Positions 31,371-42,413 of a DNA stretch of 64,000 nucleotides are shown here, piece by piece (position 1 is the stretch's first letter; every line of letters begins with the position of its first letter). The translations under genes and the position numbers were made by a program. The notes beneath the pieces are model-generated. The model worked only from the letters and a program-made list of their open reading frames with translations, was not told the DNA's origin and did no database searches. Source of the DNA: Sulfolobales archaeon HS-7 (lineage in GTDB: Archaea > Thermoproteota > Thermoprotei_A > Sulfolobales > Sulfolobaceae); NCBI GenBank assembly GCA_019704295.1, contig AP024596.1, positions 1,504,001 through 1,568,000 of the forward strand. Reading direction: 5' to 3'.

Positions 31371-32843
31371 TTAGTGTCTGGTACCAACCACTTCCCTTCT
31401 AACTTCGCCTTCCTCAACCTTTACATTTCTCGTTCTATACACTTCCTTTACCTTAGTAGATATAACCATCGTGAGAAGAGAGCTTACCCCCGATATAAGG
31501 AAGATAAAGAAGAAGGCCTCACGTCCAGGTAAGAACGTAAACATTGGAACTCCTGCAACCGTTCCCTCATATAACGGAATTTTAAAGGTGTCCTCTAAAG
31601 AGCTTGCTAGGACGGGTCCTAGGGTGTTCCCCATAAGTCTCATCGACGTATTGGTACCAGTTATCGTTGCCAGCCTTTTCTCGGAAGAGGAAACCATAAG
31701 TAGGGTAACCCTAGATATAGTCATGCCCCCTATTCCTACAAGGGAAAAGAACACTAGGGCTAAGATCTCATCTATCGTGAGGGAGTAGCTAGTTGACGCT
31801 ATCCCCAACATAAATGAACCAAGCGCTGCTACTAAAGGTGTAATTATTAATATAGGTCTTATTCCCACTTTAAGCGACAGCTTACCAAATATCGGCCCCA
31901 CAAATAACATAATTAGGCTTATTGGGGCTAAAGTCAGACCAGTTGAGATGATGTCCATTCCAAATCCTGTCGGTTTCGGTAATTCGAAAAGGTAAACTAG
32001 TGATTGGAACATGAGGAACAATCCGAAACCCGAGACGAAGGAGGTAATAAGGGGAACGGCTATGTTCGGGTCTGACATTTCCTTAAGGTCTATAAACGGT
32101 TCCTGAATGGATTTTTCCCTTACAATGAGGGCGATTAGGAAGAGAAATCCGAGTCCGAAGCCTGCTAAAGTATCAAAGGAGAGCCACCCCCAGCTTGCGG
32201 CCTCGGTCAAAGTGAAACCAAAGGATAGGAAAGTAGCTCCCAGAAGGGCTATCCCCACGTAATCTAAGGACTCCTTAACCCTTATCCTTGATTCAGGGAT
32301 ATACTTGTAAATAAGGCCCGCTATGATCAGTAATAGGGGGATCGCAGTTTGATAGGCGAATTGCCAGGTGTAGTATTGAGATATAAAAGAGCCTATAGGA
32401 AGAGCTACTGCAGCCCCTACCGCGAAAGTCGAAGCTATTATCCCTTGGGCTACAGGAAGCTGTTCTTTGCTGAGGTTTTCCCTAAGAATGGTGTACGCAA
32501 TCGGGTTTACTGCAAGTCCTATTCCCTGAATTGCCCTGAATGCCACGAGAAGTGTGAAGTTAGGAGATATGCTGGTGAGGACAACAGATATTGTATAGAA
32601 CAGAAGTATGGTCATTAGAACTCTCTTCTTACCGAAAGAGTCAGCGGTCTTACCTATGACAGGCGATAGCAAGAGACCCCCGAGAGTTTCTGCCGATAAC
32701 ACCCACGCGGCAGCGGACGAACTCACTCCAAATTGTCTCTCTATAGTATATAACGAAGGTAGCACTACCATTTCTACATACATTGTCAGTATTGAGAGAG
32801 ATGCTAGCAACGGCAGAAATCTCCTCAGTGGTGACGAAGGCAT
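31371..32843 (-). CDS. MFS transporter (DHA2/EmrB-like, about 14 TM)
   Basis: Motif A GKTADSFGKKR, RAIQGIG, hydrophobic profile. Confidence 0.9.
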   Translation of the reverse strand: MPSSPLRRFLPLLASLSILTMYVEMVVLPSLYTIERQFGVSSSAAAWVLSAETLGGLLLSPVIGKTADSFGKKRVLMTILLFYTISVVLTSISPNFTLLVAFRAIQGIGLAVNPIAYTILRENLSKEQLPVAQGIIASTFAVGAAVALPIGSFISQYYTWQFAYQTAIPLLLIIAGLIYKYIPESRIRVKESLDYVGIALLGATFLSFGFTLTEAASWGWLSFDTLAGFGLGFLFLIALIVREKSIQEPFIDLKEMSDPNIAVPLITSFVSGFGLFLMFQSLVYLFELPKPTGFGMDIISTGLTLAPISLIMLFVGPIFGKLSLKVGIRPILIITPLVAALGSFMLGIASTSYSLTIDEILALVFFSLVGIGGMTISRVTLLMVSSSEKRLATITGTNTSMRLMGNTLGPVLASSLEDTFKIPLYEGTVAGVPMFTFLPGREAFFFIFLISGVSSLLTMVISTKVKEVYRTRNVKVEEGEVRREVVGTRH

Positions 32844-33117
32844 AGGAATCGATATATCTATAGTAATCGGTCATAAAAAATCTTGCTATTCTCAATTGTC
32901 AAAAACTTTTTAGACAAAGTAATTGAACGACGGATATTCGAACCCCCTTAGCGAAGAATTACCTTAATTAGTAGTCCATTACGGGATGGCAGAACATGGC
33001 AATTCAGGTGTAAATCTCTGATTGCAATATGAGGAAGGTGAATAAAGTAAAGACTTCTGTGAATTTTAGGAGCTGAGGGTTGGTATGAAATATAAAATTA
33101 TATCAAGTCAAAAGCCC

Positions 33118-33843
33118 TTACTTTATCCTTTCCTCTACAAATCTCATAAAGGGGAGGATCTCCTCTATCTCTTTAATCTCTGGAATTCTTCTATAGTTGA
33201 AGAGATCTTCTATAAACGGAATAACGAATACTCTACAGCCACACTCGGATTCCACTTCTCTTTTCCTCCTATTTGCCAGCTCAAGTTCGTCAGGTAACGG
33301 TGGCACCAGGTTAATTACGAAAGCCATGACTGGCTGATCGGTCTCGTCAGCGTATCTCCTCGTTTCGTTTAAGTTTTCCTTAATGTCTGATGGGAGGGGG
33401 TCAGATACTGTGATAAGGGATTTTTGAGAGTCTCGAAAAGCTTCATTATATCCACTAAATTCGGAACGTGAGAATTCCGTGTTAGTGACGAAGGTGTCTC
33501 CGTAATCTACGACCAACACGTGATATTTCCTGTATATTTCGATCAATTCCTGGATTTTATCCCTATCAATTCCCTCCCTTAAGGCGTCATAATCGGATAT
33601 CCCTGAAAAGAATTTGATAATTCCGAGTTGTCCCCTCTCTTCATAGAAATTCGAGGTGTCTCCGCCATGTTTGCAGTAATCCAAAAAGCCTTTCCCCCTG
33701 AAGTTCAAATGTAACGACCCCCAGGAATTGACGTCCTTGTCAACATATAGAACTCGGAATTTCTTAGATAGGTAAAGTGACGTGTGAAGAGCTAACGTGG
33801 TTTTGCCCGACCCTCCCTTTACACCAATAAAGGCCAATCTCAT
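33118..33843 (-). CDS. ParA/MinD-family ATPase
   Basis: Deviant Walker A KGGSGKTT, VLYVDKD, VVD, VINL. Confidence 0.8.
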   Translation of the reverse strand: MRLAFIGVKGGSGKTTLALHTSLYLSKKFRVLYVDKDVNSWGSLHLNFRGKGFLDYCKHGGDTSNFYEERGQLGIIKFFSGISDYDALREGIDRDKIQELIEIYRKYHVLVVDYGDTFVTNTEFSRSEFSGYNEAFRDSQKSLITVSDPLPSDIKENLNETRRYADETDQPVMAFVINLVPPLPDELELANRRKREVESECGCRVFVIPFIEDLFNYRRIPEIKEIEEILPFMRFVEERIK

Positions 33844-34074
33844 AGAAAGAAGTTATCCAATTTATTAAAATTTTTACCGCTCTTCATATGAATAAAATGT
33901 GCTATTACTCAAGATTGTCAGCAACCAGGAATAAGAGTGGACGATATTAAATTTCAATCTTGTGCAATTCCTCTAAGTATTGACTTCAAGTATGTTAATT
34001 TTGCTATATAGAAACTATAAGTTTATTCATAAATATTCTATAAAATATTTCATTAATCCCGTTAGAGGAAGTGA

Positions 34075-34760
34075 GCTATCCCCCTCATCAAGCTTCTTAG
34101 TCTCAACTTGCCCAAAGAGCTTCGGATACTGTGAGGTTTCTTCCGACCATAATCTCCTTAGGATGTTATGTAGTGTGTTGTAATCACGACATAAGACCCG
34201 ACAGTACTTAGGACAGCCAAGAATATGAGTAATTAATGTTAAGTCTTTCCTAACCGCACCCGATGAAAGTCGTGGAAGTAAACCTGGGTTCTAGGATGAA
34301 TTTCTTATTGTTTGAGCTGATGATCTATGAAGCTTCTGAGTTAATAAAAGGTTAGATCCTGAAGTCCCAGGAGGAACTTACCAACAAGTTGCTTAACTAT
34401 ATCCTCCATTACGAGGAGATAGTAATGCTCAGCAAAATAACGGGTTCATGCTGGTAACGCCAGAAGTTCCCGTTGAGTAAGATAACGTAAAATCTGCTAA
34501 GAATAGACAAACTCGCTCGAAATACCAGCCTCCTCCATCAAGTTCTTTAAGCGTTCATAAGCCATTACTAGTTTAGTCTTAGCCTTAAACCCATTTCCGG
34601 AGAAAATCCTTCCGGGAGATCTATGCAACTTCTTGATTTTCCTAAGAGAGAAACCATACGAAAACACTTCCCTGAGAACTTCATTTATTCTCAATCACCG
34701 AAAAGCAAATGTTTTCCTCAAGTCGTAACAATCCATTAACACAGTTGAAAAATTTGCTGA
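34075..34760 (-). pseudogene. tnpB: IS200/IS605 TnpB remnant; boundaries approximate
   Basis: Fragments LRKIKKLHR...FKAKTKL..AYERLKNL and CPKYC...RDYN..NILR (Zn finger/RuvC-III) in broken frames. Confidence 0.65.
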
Positions 34761-35081
34761 AATCGGTGCGTGATTTTCCCCTCACTGAGTTTTAAAGCTC
34801 TTATAGACAATCTTCGTTGAAATCGAGAGGTTGGTGTGCCTTTACTTCATCATCGCGAGGAACTTAATAGAGATGAATCTTTAATTTCAGACTGCACGAA
34901 CTTGTTGAACACTTCTGCTATCTATTTCTTAATGTTATAATTGGAGAAAGTACACTTCAATAACTCACGTAAAGCTTAAAGATCTGCTGTAATTTCTGCA
35001 TTTCTAGAGGAGTTTAAGGAAGGTTTGACTTATCGTATTCTAAGGAGAATTCGTGTGAGTTTAATCTGCACTTCTTTATTG

Positions 35082-35954
35082 TCACTTTCCTACTAATTTG
35101 TCGTAAAGCTTTATCAGACTTTGAGTTCCCTTCTCGCCCAATCCGTTAGCTACCAAGGCCGAATAGAGCTGGAGCGTTAATGACGTTGCCGGCATAGGTA
35201 TTGATCGCTTTGAAGCAACGTCGTCTACGTATTTTAGGTCCTTTTTAAGGTGCCAAGACTTAAACCCGGGCTCTAAGTCGCCTTTCATGATCTTAGGCAT
35301 GTAATATTGAACGGTAAAGGAATTTCCTGCGCCAGACGAAAGCATGGAGAATAGTTTCTCATCCTCAATTCCCATGCTTCTCGAAAGTTGAAGCGCCTCT
35401 ACGACTGCGACCATGTCAAGGGCTATAACCACCTGGTTACATAGTTTGAGTGCCTGTCCTTTCCCAGCAGAACCAACGTATATTACGTTTTTTCCCATGG
35501 CCTTGAACACAGGTTCAACCTGTTTAAAAACGTCTTCATCGCCGCCTACCATTATTGTAAGAGTTCCTTCTTTTGCCCCTTTATCACCGCCAGTAACTGG
35601 AGCGTCTAGAAATCTAATCCCTCGTTCCTTTAGTTGAGAGTACGTCTCAAGGGCGAAATCGGGAGAGTTGGTACTCATGTCAACGAAGATTAACCCCTTC
35701 TTCTCGGCTTTCACTATTCCGTGCTCTCCGTATAGGATTTGTTCTACATCAGGGGCATCAGTAACAATCGATAAGACCACATCGGATTGCCTTGCAACCT
35801 CCTCTGGAGTATTGACGACTCTAGCCCCCAATTTCTCAAAGGGTTCAGCCTTACCTCTTGTTCTATTGTATACAGTGAGAGGGAAACCGGCCTTCAAAAT
35901 GTTTCCAGCCATACCAGAACCCATAATTCCCAAACCAATGAAGCCGACTTTCAT
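35082..35954 (-). CDS. Beta-hydroxyacid dehydrogenase (3-hydroxyisobutyrate/tartronate semialdehyde reductase family)
   Basis: GFIGLGIMG, DMST, DAPVTGG, KLCNQ, KDL. Confidence 0.92.
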   Translation of the reverse strand: MKVGFIGLGIMGSGMAGNILKAGFPLTVYNRTRGKAEPFEKLGARVVNTPEEVARQSDVVLSIVTDAPDVEQILYGEHGIVKAEKKGLIFVDMSTNSPDFALETYSQLKERGIRFLDAPVTGGDKGAKEGTLTIMVGGDEDVFKQVEPVFKAMGKNVIYVGSAGKGQALKLCNQVVIALDMVAVVEALQLSRSMGIEDEKLFSMLSSGAGNSFTVQYYMPKIMKGDLEPGFKSWHLKKDLKYVDDVASKRSIPMPATSLTLQLYSALVANGLGEKGTQSLIKLYDKLVGK

Positions 35955-36004
35955 ACTAAATATTGTACATTAGCGTAGTAAAAAGAACTTCTCCTTATAT
36001 GGTA

Positions 36005-37112
36005 AGAGCCGTTCACGCGCTCATTCCAAATTAACTTTATTTTATCAGTTGGAAATTAACTAATTCATTGTAGATTGGTAATATCAAATAGGAGACGAGT
36101 CGGAGATAATACGATGGAACAACCTGAATTACCAAGTATCACCGAGTGTAGTATTACCTTTTAGTTAATCCACCTTCCGCAGAACACGTTATCAAACAAA
36201 TCGGTCGAGGAGAAGAAAAGCCCTTGAGGAGGAGATAAGTCTAAAGTAGGGAAGAGGGGGTTAAGAGGAAAGGACACTCTAGTTTCCGCTTCCTCAAGGG
36301 CATCGTGCTGTTAACGGAGAATAGAGGAAGATCTACAACGTTTTACGTTAGCGTGAAATTACCCGTCTTGTGCAAGGATGATAAGAGGGTGAAAACCCGC
36401 GTGGAGGAGGAAATAGAGAGTCATTCCTCACTTTCTTTTCATATTCGTGCATAGGGGGAAATTGAAAGTTAGCCTTCCAATGCCAAATCTAAACGTAAGG
36501 GGCGACTTCAAGTACGTAGATGGGAAATACGTCAAGTTAACTAGTGGGAAGAGGGGAGTGCTCCTCATCGCAGTATGGGTAATATCCGAGAAGAGGACAA
36601 GAGGAGCTACTGAGACTTCCTCGTACGCCTCTCGAGGGAGTACAACGTGGAGTTGATCGTGGGTGACGGCTCTACTCCCTTGAACTACGCTATTCTCGCT
36701 CCCAAAATGAAGGTCAGGAGGTTAACACTGCATAATATACAAGAAGCGGAGAATGACAAGGGAGGAGTTGAACGAGCTCCTCGGCTGAGGAGGGAAATCC
36801 CATCGTGGACAAGTACCGCGTGCTGAACTACCTCTTAGCTCGAGTTGTGGGAGTAACTCAAGGGCAACAACCTCGCGGAGTCCTTCAACTCCCTTGTCAA
36901 GGCGTTTCGGTCTGTCTCACTCCTCTTGATGATTTCACAAATCGCGTGAACTATTGCCCTCTCGTATAACCTCTCAATATGTTTTCTTACGTTTGTAATA
37001 ATATTACGTCATCCTTATTCCTCCCACTATTTCCATGTATTTAGATTATACCCTGAACTATTCTGATTTAACGAGGAATATTACAATTCGCAATGAACAT
37101 GCGAACGTCCTC
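36005..37112 (+). mobile_element. Decayed ~1.1-kb IS with ~28-bp imperfect TIRs (family uncertain)
   Basis: Left agagccgttcacgcgctcattccaaatt; right reverse complement gaggacgttcgcatgttcattgcgaatt; broken DDE-like fragments (YVDGKYVKL, IVGDG, NLAESFNS). Confidence 0.75.
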
Positions 37113-37725
37113 ACTAGTATTTCCAGTAAGTTTATATCTTATCGTTGTCTTATTTTACGTTTTTTAACTAACAAAAACTTTATAGAATTGCTAAGTCTTG
37201 CCGAGAGGTTGTAAAGTGAATATTAAGAGTACAAGAGTTTATCACGTTAATCTGGATACCTAATCGACGAGTACGACGTAAGGATTATTAATCCTTTATA
37301 TTCAAGACGTTTAAGGAGTTTAAGGGGAAATACAAGAATGATGCTGTAAAGCTTTCTGAGCTAGTTGTTGGGTAGTGGGTTCACAACAAGTAAGGGCATG
37401 AATTTATGAGTCAATGGGATTTTTAATCTAGTGTATTACTAGGGTAAAGAATAGGTTGAGGAGAGACTTGATCCTCTTGGGCTATGGTGATAGTATGTTA
37501 AAGAAGCACTTTGAGGAGGTATTAGGGGTGGAGATAATACTATCCTGGCGAGGTGAGTTTGCTCTGAAGGATTTGAGAAGGCTTAAGGTTAGGAGGGAGG
37601 GAATTGAGGAGAGAGTTAAGTAATTCGCCCCAACAAATAGTTCGATCTTCACTATTAGTTGGTAGGCGGACAATATTATGTTTAAGTTCAACCGAAATAT
37701 TACTGAACGCCTGCGTCAGGATAAT

Positions 37726-39057
37726 CTAGCTATTTAATATTATCTTACTCCTCTCAATTAATTTTGAATATATTTGATCTCTGTCCCTAATTTCCTCCTC
37801 AGCTTCTCCGATAAGTTTCGCCAGCTCGTCTAATTTGATTGCCTCAAACGATGTAACTGAGTAAGTTTCTAGTTTAATACCTTGCGTTATCCTCTTCCCT
37901 ATCTTTGCATAGGCATCTTTCCACGGAGTTCCACTTATTACTTCAGATGCAGCGTTCCCAGTAGCGAAGCTACTGTTTTGAACAACTTTTGACGCCACAT
38001 CTGGCAGGAATTCTATCTCACTTACCATTTTCCTGAAATATTTAATAGTTTTGAATACTATATCTAGTGATTCTATAATACACCACTTAGCTATCTGAAA
38101 GTCCCTATGATATCCACTCGTCTTTGAAAGCAGAAGGGTTGATACGGTAACAGAGTTCGATAGTATTAAAGCGGCATAACCTTCAACCATCTCGAGAAAA
38201 TCAGGGTTAGCCTTATTCGGCATAAGGGAACTTCCGGTTACGAACGCCTTTGGAAGACTTATGAAACCTAGTTCCTCTGACGACCAAAGTATCAGATCTT
38301 GCGAGAACCTCGAAATCCTTAACATGATTTCCTTTAATAGATCGATAACCCTTAGTTCGTCTACTCCCCTAAATGATGATGCTAATAAGGGATTCTTAAC
38401 GATTTCCCTAAACCCCAGCATTTGCGATACCTCTTTCCAGTCTGCCGGAGAAAAACTTCCGAATCCCGAACCGTAGCCGAGGGGCAACTCCATTAAGTCC
38501 TGTATAGCTTGAGATATCTTTTTTGAGAAGTCCACGAAAGTACTAGCGATGTAATCAGTGTAAGTAGACCACGTTGTAGGCATCGCCTGTCTATAGTGAG
38601 TATATCCGGGAATTATCCCGTCTTCCTTGACCCCTTTCTTTTTTATTTCTTCTGCCGAAAGTAGGCATTCCTGCTTTAAGTGGAGAAGAGAATCTATGAG
38701 GAAAAGTCTAATGTCTGTATGGATCTGTTCATTACGTGATAAGAGAACCCTTAAATTAACTCCTGCTTCAGCGTTTGCCTTTAGAACTAACTTCTCTACC
38801 TCCGTGTGGATATCCTCTTCTTGGATCATATCTAATTGCTGACCATAGAGATTTATTAGCTCTCTAATTATCTCCTTGCTCGTTTCCTTCTTAATAATTT
38901 CCTTGTCGTGAAGTGAAATATGATAAGATAGAAGGGCCAAAATTTCATATTTAAAGAATATAACATCGTATTCCCTATCCTTTCCTGTTACGAAGTCCTG
39001 TGCTTCTTTCTTTTCAGAATAACCCAACCCTCCCTTCCAAATAGCAAAATCGTTCAT
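37726..39057 (-). CDS. argH: Argininosuccinate lyase-like (fumarase/aspartase superfamily)
   Basis: EDIH, SRNEQ, PGYTHYRQAMP, GSSLMPNKANPD signature, GYHRDFQ. Confidence 0.82.
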   Translation of the reverse strand: MNDFAIWKGGLGYSEKKEAQDFVTGKDREYDVIFFKYEILALLSYHISLHDKEIIKKETSKEIIRELINLYGQQLDMIQEEDIHTEVEKLVLKANAEAGVNLRVLLSRNEQIHTDIRLFLIDSLLHLKQECLLSAEEIKKKGVKEDGIIPGYTHYRQAMPTTWSTYTDYIASTFVDFSKKISQAIQDLMELPLGYGSGFGSFSPADWKEVSQMLGFREIVKNPLLASSFRGVDELRVIDLLKEIMLRISRFSQDLILWSSEELGFISLPKAFVTGSSLMPNKANPDFLEMVEGYAALILSNSVTVSTLLLSKTSGYHRDFQIAKWCIIESLDIVFKTIKYFRKMVSEIEFLPDVASKVVQNSSFATGNAASEVISGTPWKDAYAKIGKRITQGIKLETYSVTSFEAIKLDELAKLIGEAEEEIRDRDQIYSKLIERSKIILNS

Positions 39058-39202
39058 AAGATACCCCCATCACCTTCACCTTAAATTTATTACGGATTTA
39101 AAAGTAGTACGTCTCTTAACATTTACAAACTCTATTCTTATTTTGATATTTATATATCATTTTAATGTTCAATTAATATAGAATCAAAACGCTTAATAAG
39201 AT

Positions 39203-40789
39203 GTGCCTGTTACCTTGATAAAGAGGTGGAATGGAATCCTTAAAAGGGATTTAGGTGTTTTATATCTAATTTTTATTGCTGTAATATCCGTAATTGGTTC
39301 TGGGGTTCTGGTTGTACCTACGACGGCAGAGTACATGGCGGGTCCTGCAAGCCTCTTATCCGTCATAATAGCAGGAGTTTCTATACTAATATTCCTATTA
39401 CTGTATGCAGAGCTGAGTTCTGAGATTCCGGTAACCGGAGGTACCGTCAGATATCCTGATATTTCTCATGGAAATATCGTCAGCGCTATGATAGGCTATG
39501 GTCTCCTCCTTGCTTATGTAGTAAGCCCCCCGTTAGTTTTGGAAATAATGCTAAGCTATCTTTCCTATTTTTTTCCATCAGTATATCAGAACGGTAATAT
39601 TACGAGTATAGGTATAGCGGTAGCTTCGTTAATTTTCATTATTTTTTACATTCCAAGCATACTAGGTGTTAAACTTACCGGCTTACTATCAGCTCTATTA
39701 GGTTCGATTAAGGCGATCATCATATTCGTCTTTGCTCTTCTACTAATCCTGTTTGCATTTCATCCATCTAATTTCACCGCCTACCATGGTTTTATCCCTT
39801 ACGGAATAAATGGAGTTGCACTAGCGGTATCCGCAGGAGGTCTATTCTTCGCCTTTACAGGATTTAGGCTAATTTTTGATTTTGCAGGGGAGGCGAAATA
39901 CCCAAGGAGGGCTATACCCGGATCTGTTCTGCTTTCCTTTTTGATTGTCTTTGTAATCTACATGCTCGTTCAAGTTGCAGTAATAGGGGGAATTAATTGG
40001 ACTGGATTACAGCAATATTCGGTAATACCGGGGAATTGGTCATCATTATCGTCACTATCGTCTCCATTAAGTCAGATAGCTCTGAGTAACGGTCTTTCGT
40101 TCCTTTCCGATATTATTCTATTTTTTGCTGTATATTCACCGTTAGTATTCGTAGTACCAGTATTAGGGGCTGAGGCCAGGCTACTAATGGGTCTTGTAGA
40201 TAACGGATATGCGCCTAAAGTATTCAATACGACGTCTAAGAAATACGGTAGTCCATACGTGGCAGTCACTTTCATATTAATACTCACCATTATTACATTG
40301 ATATTACTCCCAAGGTATTCCTCCATCCTTTCGCTTGTGTCAAGTGCATATGGTTTTACTTATGCAACGATTGGTGTCCAGTACTCGGTAATAGTAAAAC
40401 ACCTTTCATCGAGTAGATTTAAGGTTCCTTTAGGTAAGATTCTGGCTCCAATAAGCATGATTTTAGGCGGGTTCGTTGTCTTCTGGAGTGGCTATCCCTC
40501 AACGCTTTGGGGATTAATAGTAATGCTCCTATTCATTCCAGTATACTTCTATTACAACAGAGATATAATGAAAATTAAAGAAGATCTTAGAGCAGGATGG
40601 TGGTTCATAGTATATTCCCTCCTCTTATTTGCAATATCCTACCTTGGGAGTCAGATATTTGGAGGCCTTGGTCTGGTTAATTCCACGGAAAGCTATCTCT
40701 TAATAGCTGTTATCTCTCTGGTATTCTACTGGGTTGGAGTTAAATCTGGAAAGAGAGAGATTAATATAGATAAAGTTCAGGGAGGATGA
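39203..40789 (+). CDS. APC-family amino acid permease (start uncertain)
   Basis: VIGSG, YAEL...P.TGG..RY, FAFTGF, E.KYPRRAIP; about 14 TM. Confidence 0.88.
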   Translation: MPVTLIKRWNGILKRDLGVLYLIFIAVISVIGSGVLVVPTTAEYMAGPASLLSVIIAGVSILIFLLLYAELSSEIPVTGGTVRYPDISHGNIVSAMIGYGLLLAYVVSPPLVLEIMLSYLSYFFPSVYQNGNITSIGIAVASLIFIIFYIPSILGVKLTGLLSALLGSIKAIIIFVFALLLILFAFHPSNFTAYHGFIPYGINGVALAVSAGGLFFAFTGFRLIFDFAGEAKYPRRAIPGSVLLSFLIVFVIYMLVQVAVIGGINWTGLQQYSVIPGNWSSLSSLSSPLSQIALSNGLSFLSDIILFFAVYSPLVFVVPVLGAEARLLMGLVDNGYAPKVFNTTSKKYGSPYVAVTFILILTIITLILLPRYSSILSLVSSAYGFTYATIGVQYSVIVKHLSSSRFKVPLGKILAPISMILGGFVVFWSGYPSTLWGLIVMLLFIPVYFYYNRDIMKIKEDLRAGWWFIVYSLLLFAISYLGSQIFGGLGLVNSTESYLLIAVISLVFYWVGVKSGKREINIDKVQGG

Positions 40790-40790
40790 G

Positions 40791-42413
40791 TTGTTACAAT
40801 TAAACAGAAACAGATTGCATAGAAGAACAGAGAAGCTTATTGAAATAGGGGAGAGAATTTCCGGCACAAAGGAAATTGAGGAAGCTGCGAGATATATCGT
40901 TGACGAGTTAAACCAATACAATCCCGAAATACTCAAGTTCCGGCTGTTAACTTCAAGAATAGGATCTCCATGTATTTTCCTCGTCGATAAAGTAAGATTT
41001 GATTGTTTGACCGATTTCTTTTCAAAAAGCGGGGAGTTTGAGGGTGAGTTGATCTACACCAATGATTTTTCCGATATTGATGGGAAAATAGTCCTGACTG
41101 ATCTGTCAAAACCGCCCTCTAGGCCTCTTAAGGCGAAAATTGCTTCTGATGCTGGAGCTAAAGGTATCGTCTTTATAGGATATGGAACGGATGATAACGA
41201 CCTCATCTACAGAGGGGGAATAAAATACGTATGGGGCAATCCCACAATATTTAATTATAGAGATATACCCTCTATAGCGTCGATTTCAATAAGTAGAAAG
41301 AAAGGGGTAGAAATAATAAGAAAAATGAGGAAGGGAACTTCAGGTTTTATTTCCGTAAGAACGTCGAGGGAGTGGGTAACCTCTGCTACACCTATAATAA
41401 GGAAAGTTAGGAGTGGAAGAAGATTCGTCATCGTTCAAAGCGCATTGGAGTCTATTGGAAGTACGGCTACGTTTAACTCAGCTTCGAACGCTGCGTTAAT
41501 GGAAATTGTAGAAACTACAGATGACATCCTTGCAATATTTACTGACGGTCATGAGGTGGCAGAATCGGCATCTTCAGCATTTCTTGTAGACAGTGAGTGG
41601 GAAATGCTGAAAAATAACGCCATAGTAACGGTCAACGTAGAGTCATTAGGTATAAGAGGAGGAGAAAGGTCTGTAAGCTATATATCACCCGAAATCCTTG
41701 ACTACGCAAAGAAAGTTGAAAAAGAACATGGATTTAACTCAGAGTTTAGATATGAAGGAAAACACGGTGAAAACAGCTATATTGGAATAGGAATACCCTA
41801 CTACTGGCATGTTGATTACATTCCTGGAGATCTCCCTTTAGGTTATTGGTACAGAACCGAAGCAGACACCATAGAACATGTTGATTTCGTTCTCCTTGAA
41901 AAGCAGACTCTTCTTATTAGAGACTTGATTAGAGAAATGGCTAACTCTAAAATAGTTCCATACTCCTTAACTGCATTTCCTACTCTAATCGATAATATCC
42001 TCCAGAACGATTTAATCAACTTTCTCAATAAACACAATGTAATAGATAAGAGTGTCTGGGATAAGCTCAATGTTGTTCTAACTAACCTCCACAAGCTCAA
42101 ACCAATGTCAGAACAATTGAGCAATGAACTTAACTTGTTATCCGATATTAGCATAGAGGAAGCTAACCGACTGCTGATAAAAGCGGTCAGGCTAACGCAT
42201 TGGTACTTATTCAGCTTGCAAGATAAATACTTTCAAGATCCTTACGGAAGTAATTATGATGAAATATTCCCAATAATCAGGGTTATACTAAACACGAATG
42301 ATATAAACCTTTCCGTAAATTCTATTCTCAAAGAGATGAATAAAATCCTTGATATTACTGATGATTTAAAGAGTATATTAGAAAGAATGGAATCCCTCCT
42401 CTCAGCCCATTAA
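40791..42413 (+). CDS. PA-domain M28 peptidase homologue, apparently lacking metal ligands
   Basis: R.SGT..IEEAA.YI, PA domain (GKIVL..GAKGIV..IPSI..SISR); SD GGAGG before TTG. Confidence 0.72.
   Translation: MLQLNRNRLHRRTEKLIEIGERISGTKEIEEAARYIVDELNQYNPEILKFRLLTSRIGSPCIFLVDKVRFDCLTDFFSKSGEFEGELIYTNDFSDIDGKIVLTDLSKPPSRPLKAKIASDAGAKGIVFIGYGTDDNDLIYRGGIKYVWGNPTIFNYRDIPSIASISISRKKGVEIIRKMRKGTSGFISVRTSREWVTSATPIIRKVRSGRRFVIVQSALESIGSTATFNSASNAALMEIVETTDDILAIFTDGHEVAESASSAFLVDSEWEMLKNNAIVTVNVESLGIRGGERSVSYISPEILDYAKKVEKEHGFNSEFRYEGKHGENSYIGIGIPYYWHVDYIPGDLPLGYWYRTEADTIEHVDFVLLEKQTLLIRDLIREMANSKIVPYSLTAFPTLIDNILQNDLINFLNKHNVIDKSVWDKLNVVLTNLHKLKPMSEQLSNELNLLSDISIEEANRLLIKAVRLTHWYLFSLQDKYFQDPYGSNYDEIFPIIRVILNTNDINLSVNSILKEMNKILDITDDLKSILERMESLLSAH

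Noticed and set aside
33118-33843. ParA-like gene as evidence of an integrated plasmid or virus
   Set aside because: No integrase, rep, parB, att sites or viral structural genes found
37290-37623. Purine-rich, coding-like broken frame ending ...REGIEERVK*
   Set aside because: Probably a pseudogene but no family can be assigned
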